Shown here: positions 27,914 to 38,476 of the stretch, one piece after another
Position numbering within the stretch: the first letter of the stretch is position 1
Layout: each line of letters begins with the position of its first letter
Virus record (IMG/VR): IMGVR_UViG_3300028284_000005
Coordinates: 1,752 to 65,751 of that record
Source of the DNA: a virus
Taxonomy: Duplodnaviria > Caudoviricetes
Direction: 5' to 3' (one strand)
Length of the DNA stretch: 64,000 bases
Made by a program: the position numbers and the translations under genes
Notes under the pieces: model-generated
Seen by the model: only the letters and a program-made list of their open reading frames with translations
What the model was told of the DNA's origin: nothing
Database searches by the model: none

Positions 27914-28633
27914 ATGAAAGCGGAAGAACTTTTTGCAGATAATTTGAGAGATACTCATTGGCTTGGAAAGGTGGTAGATAATGTTGATCCTAATTTAGAA
28001 GGTAGGTTACGTATAATGGTATATGGAAAGTTTGACAAGGTTCCAACTGAAGATATTCCATGGGCTACTAGAGGGAATCAATATATCACAGGTGCATATT
28101 CAACACCACGAATTGGAGATATTGTTTCTGTTAGATTTGACAATGGAGATATTTACCATCCTGAATATTTTTTTACAATAGACAGTGAACATAAAGACAA
28201 ATATAAAGAAGAAGTTCTAGAAGGCTTAGGAGAATCGGAGGCAATTAAATCACATTCATTATTGTTTGATACTAACAATAAGGTTAGAGTTTATTATCAT
28301 CCTGAAAATGGATTAGTAATAACATTAGGTGACGGTGTACAAGCTAAACCTTTTATGCAAATAAAAAATGATGGTGAAATTAATTTAATAACAGAGGCTA
28401 ATAACATTTTAGTAGAAACTGATCAAATCGTAGAAATTAAATGTGATAGAGCCTATGTCAATAGTCCTAATATTGAATTAGGAGAAACTGCACTTGAACA
28501 AGTAATTAAAGGAAATACTTTTCAAGCATTATTTAATACACATACACACACTGGAAATTTAGGACTACCTACAACTCCTCCTTTAGTTCCACTAACAGGA
28601 ACCGAATTAAGTCAAGTAACTAAAACACAATAA
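27914..28633 (+). CDS. Baseplate central spike (gp5 N-terminal OB fold/gpV-like)
   Basis: GKVVDNVDPNLEGRLRI...IPWA...PRIGDIVSVRFDNGDIYHPEY. C-terminal HTH metal-binding tip (FNTHTHTG). Confidence 0.85.
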   Translation: MKAEELFADNLRDTHWLGKVVDNVDPNLEGRLRIMVYGKFDKVPTEDIPWATRGNQYITGAYSTPRIGDIVSVRFDNGDIYHPEYFFTIDSEHKDKYKEEVLEGLGESEAIKSHSLLFDTNNKVRVYYHPENGLVITLGDGVQAKPFMQIKNDGEINLITEANNILVETDQIVEIKCDRAYVNSPNIELGETALEQVIKGNTFQALFNTHTHTGNLGLPTTPPLVPLTGTELSQVTKTQ

Positions 28634-28634
28634 A

Positions 28635-29174
28635 ATGGCATTATCAGATTTAGATTTAGAAATAAAATTAAGGGCTTTAATTAAATTAAAGGAGAAGGAT
28701 TTACAAGACAGACTTGAAGGCGGAGACTTAGCAAATGTAAGAAGAGACGACTTTACAACAACTGATTATAAAGATGAAGAGCTTGTTACACCACCTGGTG
28801 GAATTTATAATGCCCAAAAGAATTTAGAGGAATGGATGAAAGCAAACAGGCCGGCCCCTGGAGAAGATGTAGATAAAATTAAAAAGAAAATGTGGAGACA
28901 ATTTTCTAAAGAAATGGCTAGTGAAATTTCTAAAAATATGGTAGATTGGTTAAATAAAGATATTGTGCCTGGGCTAGCAAGTGAAATTAATAATCAAATA
29001 AAAACATTAGATATTAAGTTGACTGTTCCTCCTGGAATGATATATTGTGGACCGTATCCTAATGCTGCTCCAATTATATTACAAGGTGGAGCCGGAATTC
29101 CAGATCCTCCTCCTGAAGATGTAGATCCACCTGTTATAGATACTACATTAACGGTAGATTTTAAAATAACATGA
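28635..29174 (+). CDS. Hypothetical protein, baseplate-associated
   Basis: Immediately follows the spike gene. Pro/Gly-rich C-terminus. Confidence 0.55.
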   Translation: MALSDLDLEIKLRALIKLKEKDLQDRLEGGDLANVRRDDFTTTDYKDEELVTPPGGIYNAQKNLEEWMKANRPAPGEDVDKIKKKMWRQFSKEMASEISKNMVDWLNKDIVPGLASEINNQIKTLDIKLTVPPGMIYCGPYPNAAPIILQGGAGIPDPPPEDVDPPVIDTTLTVDFKIT

Positions 29175-29230
29175 TAAAATAATTTAACAGATATATAAAT
29201 CATAAGTTTTAACCTTTAAAAAATAAAAAA

Positions 29231-30430
29231 ATGATAGAAAAACAGAATGCTGACTTTTTTGATAAAGATGGCAATTTCGACTGGGATGGATATGAGTCAA
29301 CATGTCCAAAAGTTTTAAGAACCCCAAACCCACACATAAAAGTAGTAAACGATAAGCATAAAGTATATAGTAGAGAGCCATACGCTCAGGAAATGTATAA
29401 TAAGCTTATAGGTCACATTGAAGAAAATGACACAATTACACATATAAAATATGGAAATGCATATGATGGTAAAGTCTTTGGAATTTCCGATATGACTGCA
29501 AGTGTTGACATTGGATATAGACAATTAGTTTATGTTAATTTAGAAAAAGAAGATGATGAATTCAAAGGCATGCAACCTGGTGATGAGGTTAGTGTTATTA
29601 TTACATCATTAATGGAAAATGATAGCCAACCTATAATGGGAAGTGTTAGTGAAGGCACTAAGCAAGCTACTTTCCAAGAAATGCTAAATGCTATCGAAGA
29701 ACAAGATACTGCATGGGTTGGTAAAGTTAATAGAATGTTATCTTCAGCTGGATATATGATTAATGTTAAAGGCATTGATTGTTTTATGCCAGGCAGCCTT
29801 GCAGGTATTAATAAATTACATGATTTTGAAAGCATAGTTGGTCAAGAAATTTATGTAGTACCGGTTAGTTTTTCTAAAGAAAGAAAAATAATGGTAGTTT
29901 CTCATAGAGCGTATCTTAAGACATTAATTCCTGATGCTATTGAAACCTTAAAAGAAACTGCAGGCGAATATATTACGGGAAGTGTTACAGGTTCTGCTAA
30001 ATATGGGGTTTTCTGTGAATTCTCACAATGTTTAACTGGTATGATTCATGTTAATGATTTAGATGGTGACACATTGACTAGACACAAAAATAGGGAAATT
30101 GAACCAGGTGAAGAGATTAAGTTTAAAGTAAAGGATATTGTATCTGACACTAAAATAACACTGACTCAAAGAGATGATGTTGAATTAAATCCATGGTTAG
30201 AAATTAATAAGAAATACAAAGTACCTTCTACTGTTAAAGCTACTATAAAAACTTGTAAAGAATACGGCTTATTCGTAGAATTAGAAGAAGGTGTAGTTGG
30301 ATTAGTACATGTTAGTGAAATCGGTAAAGATAGCATTAATAAATATAGTCCAAAACAAGAAATAAGTGTCTTAATTACTAAAATAGAAGAAGATACTAAG
30401 AAGATATTCTTAAAATTGCCTAAGGAATAA
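29231..30430 (+). CDS. rpsA: Ribosomal protein bS1 homolog (four S1 domains)
   Basis: N-terminal FDWDGYE as in Bacteroidota bS1. CFMPGS, VVSHRAYL, YGVFCEF...GMIHVNDL and YGLFVELEEGVVGLVHVSEI S1 motifs. Confidence 0.82.
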   Translation: MIEKQNADFFDKDGNFDWDGYESTCPKVLRTPNPHIKVVNDKHKVYSREPYAQEMYNKLIGHIEENDTITHIKYGNAYDGKVFGISDMTASVDIGYRQLVYVNLEKEDDEFKGMQPGDEVSVIITSLMENDSQPIMGSVSEGTKQATFQEMLNAIEEQDTAWVGKVNRMLSSAGYMINVKGIDCFMPGSLAGINKLHDFESIVGQEIYVVPVSFSKERKIMVVSHRAYLKTLIPDAIETLKETAGEYITGSVTGSAKYGVFCEFSQCLTGMIHVNDLDGDTLTRHKNREIEPGEEIKFKVKDIVSDTKITLTQRDDVELNPWLEINKKYKVPSTVKATIKTCKEYGLFVELEEGVVGLVHVSEIGKDSINKYSPKQEISVLITKIEEDTKKIFLKLPKE

Positions 30431-30479
30431 TTTAGGTAATAAATAAATGTGATATATAAATAAATTTATTTTATATTGC

Positions 30480-31793
30480 ATGCTAACATATCAAATTACA
30501 AAACATAAAAGTAAAGAAGATATTTTACAAGATTCTCTTGTCGGAATAGAGTTTGAATTTTATTCCGATAAGAGTCTTGAAGATACTCAAAAGGAGCTTG
30601 CTCAATTATTAGGTAAAAAGATTAGGCTAGAGGATAAAGCACATAGTGACTTTGTGCCAACTGATAAAGAATTTAAAATTGAGCCTGACATGAGTGGTGG
30701 TAAAGGTTTGATGGAGCTTGTTACTGGTCCAACACCCTACTCAGTTGCAAGAAATATAATAATTAAAACACTAGGCTGGATTCAAGAAAATGGATATACT
30801 ACTGAAAAAAGTTCAATTCACCTAAATTTAAGCTTTGATCCTAAAAAAACTGGTAAAAGTAACCTTATTTCTAAAATGGATTCTCTTAAATTTATTCTAG
30901 GATTTAATGAAAATGAAGTTTATAAATTATTTCCAAATAGAAAAGATAGCGTATATGCAAAGTCTGTAAAATGGATAACTCCTAAAATTGATTATAATTA
31001 TTTTGAAGGACAAAACATTAATTCACATGTGTTTCATTTTGCAACTGAAAAATATTATGGAGTTAACTTTGAAAAACTACAACAAGGTTATTTAGAATTT
31101 AGATATATTGGTGGTAAAGACTATGAAAAGAAAACTACTAATATTTTATACTTATTAGATCGTTTCCTATTACAACTTTGGTCAATTGCTCATCAAGCTA
31201 AGTATACTGATTTAAATTATATTGAACTTAAAAAAATTCTTAATAAAAACCATAAGTTTACTGAAATATTAAAAGATTGGAGAAGGTTAAAAGACTATTA
31301 TCCTGAAATTAATCTCTATGTTGATTTAAAAAATAATGAAAAAATAATAGATATGTATTGGCCGAAAATATTAATGGAGGTTGTTCGGTTAATTAGTCAT
31401 GGTGGATTAAAAGAAGGAGATATTAATTATGATAGTGATATTAGTAGAGTACAGTTAAATGGTGGTAAATTGCCATTTTGTTTTGGTTTAAGTAATTATG
31501 ATTTTATTGACTGTGAGATTGCAGGTTCTATAAGTTTTTGTGATATTTTTAGAAGTCAAGTTAGTAATGCAAATATGATAAGATGTAACTTATATCAAGG
31601 TACATCGGTTGAAGGTAGTAAAGTAGAATCATGTTATGTTAACCAAACATGTGAAGTTAAAAATAGTTATGTGTTTCAGTGGGATTCTGTATTTAAAGGT
31701 AAAATGATTGGTGGAATATTTAGACATGGTCAAATAGGTAGAGAGGCAGAGTTCGATGGCACTGAAATAATAACAAGTAAAAAAATTAATTAA
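30480..31793 (+). CDS. Putative amidoligase (COOH-NH2 ligase type 2) with C-terminal beta-helix-like repeats
   Basis: GIEFEF, ELVTGP, SSIHLNLS, KYYGVNF and YLEFRYIGG motifs. GATATATA at 30451. Confidence 0.75.
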   Translation: MLTYQITKHKSKEDILQDSLVGIEFEFYSDKSLEDTQKELAQLLGKKIRLEDKAHSDFVPTDKEFKIEPDMSGGKGLMELVTGPTPYSVARNIIIKTLGWIQENGYTTEKSSIHLNLSFDPKKTGKSNLISKMDSLKFILGFNENEVYKLFPNRKDSVYAKSVKWITPKIDYNYFEGQNINSHVFHFATEKYYGVNFEKLQQGYLEFRYIGGKDYEKKTTNILYLLDRFLLQLWSIAHQAKYTDLNYIELKKILNKNHKFTEILKDWRRLKDYYPEINLYVDLKNNEKIIDMYWPKILMEVVRLISHGGLKEGDINYDSDISRVQLNGGKLPFCFGLSNYDFIDCEIAGSISFCDIFRSQVSNANMIRCNLYQGTSVEGSKVESCYVNQTCEVKNSYVFQWDSVFKGKMIGGIFRHGQIGREAEFDGTEIITSKKIN

Positions 31794-31794
31794 A

Positions 31795-32640
31795 ATGAGC
31801 GATATTAGAAGCGGCGATAATATAGATTTAAGTCAAGGTAGAGACTATGGCACTGATTGTTTAACTGAATTCTTAAATGAAATTGGTTCGGAAATAACAG
31901 GAGCATGTATGGTACCTCTTAATTTGCCACAAGCTGAAATAATAAACATTATAAAAAGAGCAGTAAAATGGTTCAGAAAAAATTATGAATATAGTCTTAG
32001 AGAAAACTATTTCCATGTACCTAATGGAGTTTTTGATAGTCAAAGTTTTAAGACTACAAGAACTTTAAACTTTCCTAAAGAAGATGCAACATCAGGGGCA
32101 GGCGAAGTATTTTCAATATATGGAGTATATGACCTTGCATCTGGTTGGAACACTGGTGGTGGTGGTTTAGATTTAAGATTTAGTAGTGGTGCAGATTTTA
32201 ATATTGAAAAAATGTTTTTTAGCAATTCGTTTGCTGGAACAGGAGCTGCTGAATCCGCAGAAGAACTTCAATATTATGTAATTAATCAAAGTTATTTTGA
32301 TATGGCTCGTCAAATCTTAGAGAACCCTTTAAGTTTTCACTATTCACAATTAACCGGTCAACTTAAATTTATGGGTGATACTCCTAAGGGAGATGTGATA
32401 ATTGAATGTTATGAAAGTATAGAAAACTGTGCGCTATACAATGATGAGGTATTTTTTAGATATGTTTCTGCTAAGGTAAAGCAGGCGGTTGGTGCTAAAT
32501 TAGGAGTCTTTAAATTCTCTTTACCAGGCGGGGTTGAAATAGACTATGACGGTATTAAAGGTATGGGTGATGAGGAAATGGAAAGAGTACTTGAAGAAAT
32601 TAAAGGAGACGAAGGTGTCGATTGGATGTTTCACTCATAA
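31795..32640 (+). CDS. Neck/head-completion protein (T4 gp13-like)
   Basis: C-terminal RYVSAKVKQAVGAKLGVFKFSLPGGVEIDYD is typical of gp13. Confidence 0.75.
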   Translation: MSDIRSGDNIDLSQGRDYGTDCLTEFLNEIGSEITGACMVPLNLPQAEIINIIKRAVKWFRKNYEYSLRENYFHVPNGVFDSQSFKTTRTLNFPKEDATSGAGEVFSIYGVYDLASGWNTGGGGLDLRFSSGADFNIEKMFFSNSFAGTGAAESAEELQYYVINQSYFDMARQILENPLSFHYSQLTGQLKFMGDTPKGDVIIECYESIENCALYNDEVFFRYVSAKVKQAVGAKLGVFKFSLPGGVEIDYDGIKGMGDEEMERVLEEIKGDEGVDWMFHS

Positions 32641-32659
32641 AAAAATGGATAAATAATAA

Positions 32660-33013
32660 ATGGAACTGTATATTAAGACACCTGAAGATCCAAACTTTGA
32701 CCTAAAGGGAGTAGACATTGATAGTGAGTTAGGACAATTACTTACTCAAATTGAGACTATTCTTTTTACGAATAAAGGTGAAGTTTTAAATGATCGTAAT
32801 TTTGGTGCAAGTTTAGAAACTTTAATATATGACTTTCATTTTAACGAATTTGAAATAAAAAGAACAGTTAATGAACAACTTGAAATATATTGTCCATTAG
32901 CTGAAAAATACAACGTTGAAGTAGATGTTACTTTTACCAGAGGAGAAGTAAGAGATATTGCTCAAATAAACGTTATTGTCGATACACAATATATGGTCGG
33001 CGTAAGGATATAA
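32660..33013 (+). CDS. Baseplate wedge subunit (gp25-like)
   Basis: ILFTNKGEVLNDRNFGASL. Confidence 0.85.
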   Translation: MELYIKTPEDPNFDLKGVDIDSELGQLLTQIETILFTNKGEVLNDRNFGASLETLIYDFHFNEFEIKRTVNEQLEIYCPLAEKYNVEVDVTFTRGEVRDIAQINVIVDTQYMVGVRI

Positions 33014-33028
33014 TATTAGAAAAAAGAA

Positions 33029-34882
33029 ATGGCAGACTTAAATTTTTTAGATAAAGCAAGGATAACAGCTACTGAAATAGTTCAAGATACAAGAACATAC
33101 TTGACTAGAACTTATAAAAATGCCGGTAATTATTTTACAAATTCATCACCATTTTCACAGATATTAAATGTAATGGCTGAAATGAATGAGATGCTCATGT
33201 TCTATATAGAGGATGCAACTGTCGAACAAAATATTTATACAGCTCAGCAACCTGAATCTATTAGAGGTTTAGCAAGACTCACAGGGCATGATGCTACAAG
33301 AGGTTTTGCAGCAACCGGTGAAATACGTTTTAGATGGAAAGCAGGTGCAGGTGATGATGTTGCTGGTAGTAATTTAATTATTAGTCCAAATACTAAAATA
33401 CAATATGATAACAATGGTTTAACTTATTTTTTAAGAACAGATAAAGATGAGTTTTTATTACCAAAAAGTAGCAGTAATTGGGTTAGGGCAAGCATTATTC
33501 AAGGAGAGGTTGAAAATCAAACTCAAACAGGTACTGGTGAAAGTATGCAAAGTTTTAATATTCAAACAAATGGAGCAACTGATCATAGTTTAGTTAAAAT
33601 ATCAGTAAATGGTGAACAATGGACTAAATTTAATTCATTATATGAAATGCTAGCAACTGATAAAGGTTATTTAGTAAAAACTGGAATTAGTGGTGGTATT
33701 GATGTTTATTTTGGAACAGGTAATTTTGGCATTGTGCCTCCTAGCGGATCTACTATTGAAATAGAGTATGTTAAATGTCAAGGAGCTGAAGGTAATTTAA
33801 ATCAGGCAGGTGACCTTACATTTAAATGGGTTGATGAGGGTAAAGATAGTACGGGTGAAACACATGATTTAAACGAACTATTAGATGTTGAAACAAGTAC
33901 TACACCTTTTATGGGAGCAGATTCTGAAAATACTGAATTTACAAAGTTAATGGCTCCATTGGCAAGTAAAAGTTTTGTACTTGCAAATCCAGACGCTTAT
34001 GAATATTTTTTAAGTAGATATGCACAATTTAGTTATTTAGATGCATACAATACTACCAACGATGGATATTTAGACGATGATAACGTTATTTATATTTTTG
34101 CAATTCCTGATTTAGAAAAGAGATTGTTAAAAGGTACAGATTATTTTTCAGTTGATGAAAGCGAGTTTTTCTTTGGTAAAGATGAAACAGATAGAATGCT
34201 TGGCGTAATTGAAGACAGTGGTCAACAAATGGTTACAAGTGAAGCAATCTTTGTACAACCCGAAGCTGTTAAATATAGAATGGACGTTTCAATTAGATGG
34301 TTTGAAGGATTTAAGCAACAAGATATTTTTAATGACATTAGAGCGGCTATCTCAAATTATCTAATAAAAATTGTACGTAGAGACAAACTGCCTAAGAGTG
34401 ATATTATTGCAATTATAGAAGGTATTGAAGGTGTAGATGCAGTAAATGTACAATTTGTATCAAGTATTGAAGAGCAAGCAAGAAAAGATGGATATTATAC
34501 TTATAATCAAGTTACTGTAACGCCGTCAACTCCAGAATTAGAAGGAGCAGATGGAGATCAAAAGAGACTAGTATTTTTTAAGAGAACTGAAGAAACTAAG
34601 AAAGTAATATTAGACAACCCTGAATTATTAGTACCAGTAACTGGCGAACAGGCAATAAAAGATTGGTATAATAAAATAGGACTTGATAAATATGGAGATA
34701 TTATTTTAGATAAGCAAGAGGTTGCAATATTTAGAGGCGGATGGGAAGATAGAGATGGAGAACTAGTAAAAGATGAGCCAACAATTGGAGAAATGGCTTC
34801 ATTATCAGTTTACTTCGATAACCCTCCAGTGCCAAGAACAATTTATACAAGAGTTCAGGCAGGAAATAGAAGATCTAACTAA
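33029..34882 (+). CDS. Baseplate wedge subunit (gp6/baseplate J-like)
   Basis: EQNIYTAQQPESIRGLARLTG, VYFGTGNFGIVPPSGSTIEIEY...GAEGN. Confidence 0.85.
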   Translation: MADLNFLDKARITATEIVQDTRTYLTRTYKNAGNYFTNSSPFSQILNVMAEMNEMLMFYIEDATVEQNIYTAQQPESIRGLARLTGHDATRGFAATGEIRFRWKAGAGDDVAGSNLIISPNTKIQYDNNGLTYFLRTDKDEFLLPKSSSNWVRASIIQGEVENQTQTGTGESMQSFNIQTNGATDHSLVKISVNGEQWTKFNSLYEMLATDKGYLVKTGISGGIDVYFGTGNFGIVPPSGSTIEIEYVKCQGAEGNLNQAGDLTFKWVDEGKDSTGETHDLNELLDVETSTTPFMGADSENTEFTKLMAPLASKSFVLANPDAYEYFLSRYAQFSYLDAYNTTNDGYLDDDNVIYIFAIPDLEKRLLKGTDYFSVDESEFFFGKDETDRMLGVIEDSGQQMVTSEAIFVQPEAVKYRMDVSIRWFEGFKQQDIFNDIRAAISNYLIKIVRRDKLPKSDIIAIIEGIEGVDAVNVQFVSSIEEQARKDGYYTYNQVTVTPSTPELEGADGDQKRLVFFKRTEETKKVILDNPELLVPVTGEQAIKDWYNKIGLDKYGDIILDKQEVAIFRGGWEDRDGELVKDEPTIGEMASLSVYFDNPPVPRTIYTRVQAGNRRSN

Positions 34883-35151
34883 TGGGACTATACGATGATT
34901 TATATAAATATAAGAGAGTAAAGCTTTATGATGTTAGAAAAAACATTAAAAATAAAAAGAAGCACCTAGGTTATAATTATGAAAACTCCTTAATTTTTAA
35001 TTTTATTTCTAGACATGTTTGGAGAAATGACAGAGTATATGATTTTTTAGGTTTTTGTACAGATTATTATTATAACACTATTAAACAAATACGTGTAATG
35101 AAAAATTGGAAAAATTTCACTGCAAAAAAAGACGATAAAACAATACGATGA
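34882..35151 (+). CDS. Small baseplate-associated protein
   Basis: Translationally coupled on both sides. Confidence 0.55.
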   Translation: MGLYDDLYKYKRVKLYDVRKNIKNKKKHLGYNYENSLIFNFISRHVWRNDRVYDFLGFCTDYYYNTIKQIRVMKNWKNFTAKKDDKTIR

Positions 35152-37895
35152 GTAAATATTCTGGTTTAAGATTTTTTAATGGAGTTGAGAATGAATTAAA
35201 TCTCAAATATGATAGTATTACTGAGAAATGGGACGGTACGGTTTATCTATCAGAGGTGTCAACTGGTCTCTATGAAACATTTAATTTGTTTATGGTTGAG
35301 GAATTGGTAGATAGTAATGGTCTAGTAGTGTATGGCACTCCAATATCGAATGACTCAAATGGTAGTAATTTTAAATTTAGCTGGAAGGATGATGTTTATT
35401 CAAGTCAAGATCTATTTATATATGGTACAAGATTAGAAGACAATACTATTAAAGTGCAAACCTTAGATAGTCTAACAATTCAAGTATTAGATCACACCAA
35501 TGTAGTTTCTGTTATTAATGGGATTAAAACAGTTTCTACATATACTAATAATGCATTACAAACAAACATTGCCCTATCTTCTGAAAGCGAAAGTAGACAT
35601 GAAAGAGTTTTAATTATAACAGATGATTTTGATGGACATATTGTTGCTGAAATTAAAGTATATGGAGAAACCGTTGGAGAAGATGAGAGATTAAAGGACT
35701 TATTACAAAATATGGGTGCTACCCTTGATGATGGTGATTTTATAATTTTTAAAGAGCATGATATTAATGAGATGGGAATCGACTGGAGGCTCATGAATCA
35801 AAAAAGAAGAGAGCTACTTTTAGAATTACATAATATTAAACCATTCATTGGAACTTATAAAGCTGTATTAAATGCAATTGATTTTTTTGGCTACAATAAT
35901 ATTACACTTAAAGAATATTGGCTAAATATAAATCAAGATAGTGATAGCTTTGGAAAACTAAAGGCGGTGTCAGTTCCAGATAAAAATGCAGGATTTAGTT
36001 ATAAGAAAAGAAAGCAATTTAATTTGCCTTCTACTACAATGAAGAAAACAAGTCGTTTTTCTTTAGTCTATAAATTAAATGAACCCAATGGATCATTTGA
36101 TTATTGGGATATTCCTACAGTTGATGAGGTATTTGATTTTACTCCGGAAGAAATTTTAATAAAATTATACGGTCTTAAGAATAAACTACAAAAAGAATAC
36201 CTTCCACTTCAAGCAAAAATTGTAGATATTGTAGGTGAAGGAAGTTATTTTGATCAAAAGAATTTAAACGTTTGGAATAATCAACAACCGATTGTTTCAT
36301 TCAATGAAGGTAAAGATGTTGAATTTAAGGTTTATCCAGAAGGTAAACAACTTTATATTGAAGACTATGCACTTGTATCTAATAATGATATTTTAATAGA
36401 CAATGTAAATTTTGAACCTATTTCACTAGATGGCTTCGGAAATCTTAACGAAACTGAATATGAAACTTTATTATCAGATTTTGAAACATTTTACAATAAC
36501 TATTATATAAATAAAAAGGAAACTTTTAACAATGACACGGATGGAGAGCACTCAATTCCTGTAGGCTGTCCAATAATCTTAGAATGTACTTCACTTCCAC
36601 AAGAATGGGAATTTGCAAACTTTACATGGTTTGATGCATTAGATTCAACAGTTACTTGGGATAACTGGTGGAAGCAACATGTTTATGAGTTAGAATGGGT
36701 AGTTACTGGACCTAAAGGATATTCACAAAGTTTTAGAGGTAGTATTGGTTACTATGAGACAGATGGTACATTCCATCCTGGATATTTAAGGTTTCCGATG
36801 ATTGTACCCTTTGAAGGAGACTATAGCGTAGAGCTAAGAATGTATGACCTTCAAGGAATTATGAGTTTTAGAAAAGAGTCAGACTTCTTTAACGTTAAGG
36901 TAAAGCCACTTGAAATATATGGAATTTACCAATGGAAAGAAGATAACAGATGGAAAGATTGGAAAACTGATTGGAATAAAACAGGAGGTTATTGGAACCT
37001 ACCTACTGAAAATTTACAAAAAGTTGAAGATAGTTTTCAATCTTTATATTTAACAATGGATAGAGCTAATTATGTACATGATGAAAGTCAAGGTAAAATA
37101 TTTAGTACTGTTAAAAGATATGTAGATAGAGATCCTGTTAATTTAACAGGTTATGGTGAAACTACCGGACCTTATGTTTGGAATGAAATGGATCCAGTTA
37201 GATGGGTGGATGGAAAATATAATTGGTGGGATGCCACTAGAATCGGTGCTGATTTGACGGCAAGTTTTAAAATAAACGCAATTCAACAAGGTAGCGTTTT
37301 AACTATTACACATAAAAACCCTACTACGAATTTAATTGAAACAGGAACTCACACTTTAATTGCAACAACTCCTACTAATAACTCAGATCTTTTAGGTTGG
37401 CAAGCAGTGGCTAATGAATTGAATACATCTACTGATTCTATTATTAGTAAGTTTAATTATAACCCAGTATTTGAAGATACTAATGACGATGGTACTAATG
37501 ATATATTTAAATTTTTAATATGTGTAGGAAAAGATTATTCTTATAAATATGATTTTGAAGATGTGACAATAACTAATGGAACTGTTTATGGCAAAATAAA
37601 CTATGTTAGATATAACCCAACATTCGATACTGTAAGAATTATTAACGGGAGTGCAGAGGTAGAAAGATCAACACATGTTACATTTGCATTAGATAAAACA
37701 CAAATGCCAGGTATTAAAAACCCAGTTTGGAAAATATATAAAAATAGTAGCCAAGAAGAACATGATATATATTATGATAATATGTGGTTAACATATATCT
37801 TTAAAGAGCCCGGTTCGTATAGAATTTCGGCTGAAATAAAAGATACAAATGGTAACAGGAATGAAACCATTAGAAACATGATAATTGTAAAATAA
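35148..37895 (+). CDS. Baseplate wedge protein (gp7-like) with Ig/PKD-like domains
   Basis: FIGTYKAVLNAIDFFGY..ITLKEYW. C-terminal YIFKEPGSYRISAEIKDTNGN. Confidence 0.65.
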   Translation: MSKYSGLRFFNGVENELNLKYDSITEKWDGTVYLSEVSTGLYETFNLFMVEELVDSNGLVVYGTPISNDSNGSNFKFSWKDDVYSSQDLFIYGTRLEDNTIKVQTLDSLTIQVLDHTNVVSVINGIKTVSTYTNNALQTNIALSSESESRHERVLIITDDFDGHIVAEIKVYGETVGEDERLKDLLQNMGATLDDGDFIIFKEHDINEMGIDWRLMNQKRRELLLELHNIKPFIGTYKAVLNAIDFFGYNNITLKEYWLNINQDSDSFGKLKAVSVPDKNAGFSYKKRKQFNLPSTTMKKTSRFSLVYKLNEPNGSFDYWDIPTVDEVFDFTPEEILIKLYGLKNKLQKEYLPLQAKIVDIVGEGSYFDQKNLNVWNNQQPIVSFNEGKDVEFKVYPEGKQLYIEDYALVSNNDILIDNVNFEPISLDGFGNLNETEYETLLSDFETFYNNYYINKKETFNNDTDGEHSIPVGCPIILECTSLPQEWEFANFTWFDALDSTVTWDNWWKQHVYELEWVVTGPKGYSQSFRGSIGYYETDGTFHPGYLRFPMIVPFEGDYSVELRMYDLQGIMSFRKESDFFNVKVKPLEIYGIYQWKEDNRWKDWKTDWNKTGGYWNLPTENLQKVEDSFQSLYLTMDRANYVHDESQGKIFSTVKRYVDRDPVNLTGYGETTGPYVWNEMDPVRWVDGKYNWWDATRIGADLTASFKINAIQQGSVLTITHKNPTTNLIETGTHTLIATTPTNNSDLLGWQAVANELNTSTDSIISKFNYNPVFEDTNDDGTNDIFKFLICVGKDYSYKYDFEDVTITNGTVYGKINYVRYNPTFDTVRIINGSAEVERSTHVTFALDKTQMPGIKNPVWKIYKNSSQEEHDIYYDNMWLTYIFKEPGSYRISAEIKDTNGNRNETIRNMIIVK

Positions 37896-37910
37896 AAAAA
37901 TAAAATAAAA

Positions 37911-38459
37911 ATGGCGGTTACAGAAATTTTAGGAACAGATTCGCTTTCATCATCAAGAATTACACTTAATGATAACTTTACTCTAATTGAAGACGAAATA
38001 ACAAGTTTAAAGGGGTATTTAGATCCAACAGCTTTAACTCTATCAGGGGTTACAATATCAACTAGTCAAATTACAGTAGATGGAGGAACAGCAATAAATG
38101 CTAGTTCAGCTACATTTGGAGTTGCAACTACTCTTAGTAATGAAGTTAATATTAGTGCAGGTATCACAAAGGATGGAATTAATGGAACATCTTCAGCAGG
38201 ACTTACATCACTTCCTGTTAACCTTTTTAGTTCTACTTATTTTGTAGATACAGCAAGTGGAGCGACTCCGCTAGTTTTATCAGCAAGTACAGTAGTTGGA
38301 AAAGAAATTACATTAATTGCAACAACTGCAGGTGATATTGAAGCTACTAACGTTGCAGGTGCAACTAGTATTGCGATAATACAAAACGGAACACTTACTC
38401 TAAGATCAGATGGTACATCATGGTATATCATTGGTTCTTATGGAACAACAATTGCGTAA
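37911..38459 (+). CDS. Short virion structural/fibre protein
   Basis: N-terminal DSLSSSRITLNDNF anchor-like motif. C-terminal LRSDGTSWYII. Confidence 0.6.
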   Translation: MAVTEILGTDSLSSSRITLNDNFTLIEDEITSLKGYLDPTALTLSGVTISTSQITVDGGTAINASSATFGVATTLSNEVNISAGITKDGINGTSSAGLTSLPVNLFSSTYFVDTASGATPLVLSASTVVGKEITLIATTAGDIEATNVAGATSIAIIQNGTLTLRSDGTSWYIIGSYGTTIA

Positions 38460-38476
38460 AAAAATTATAAGAATAA

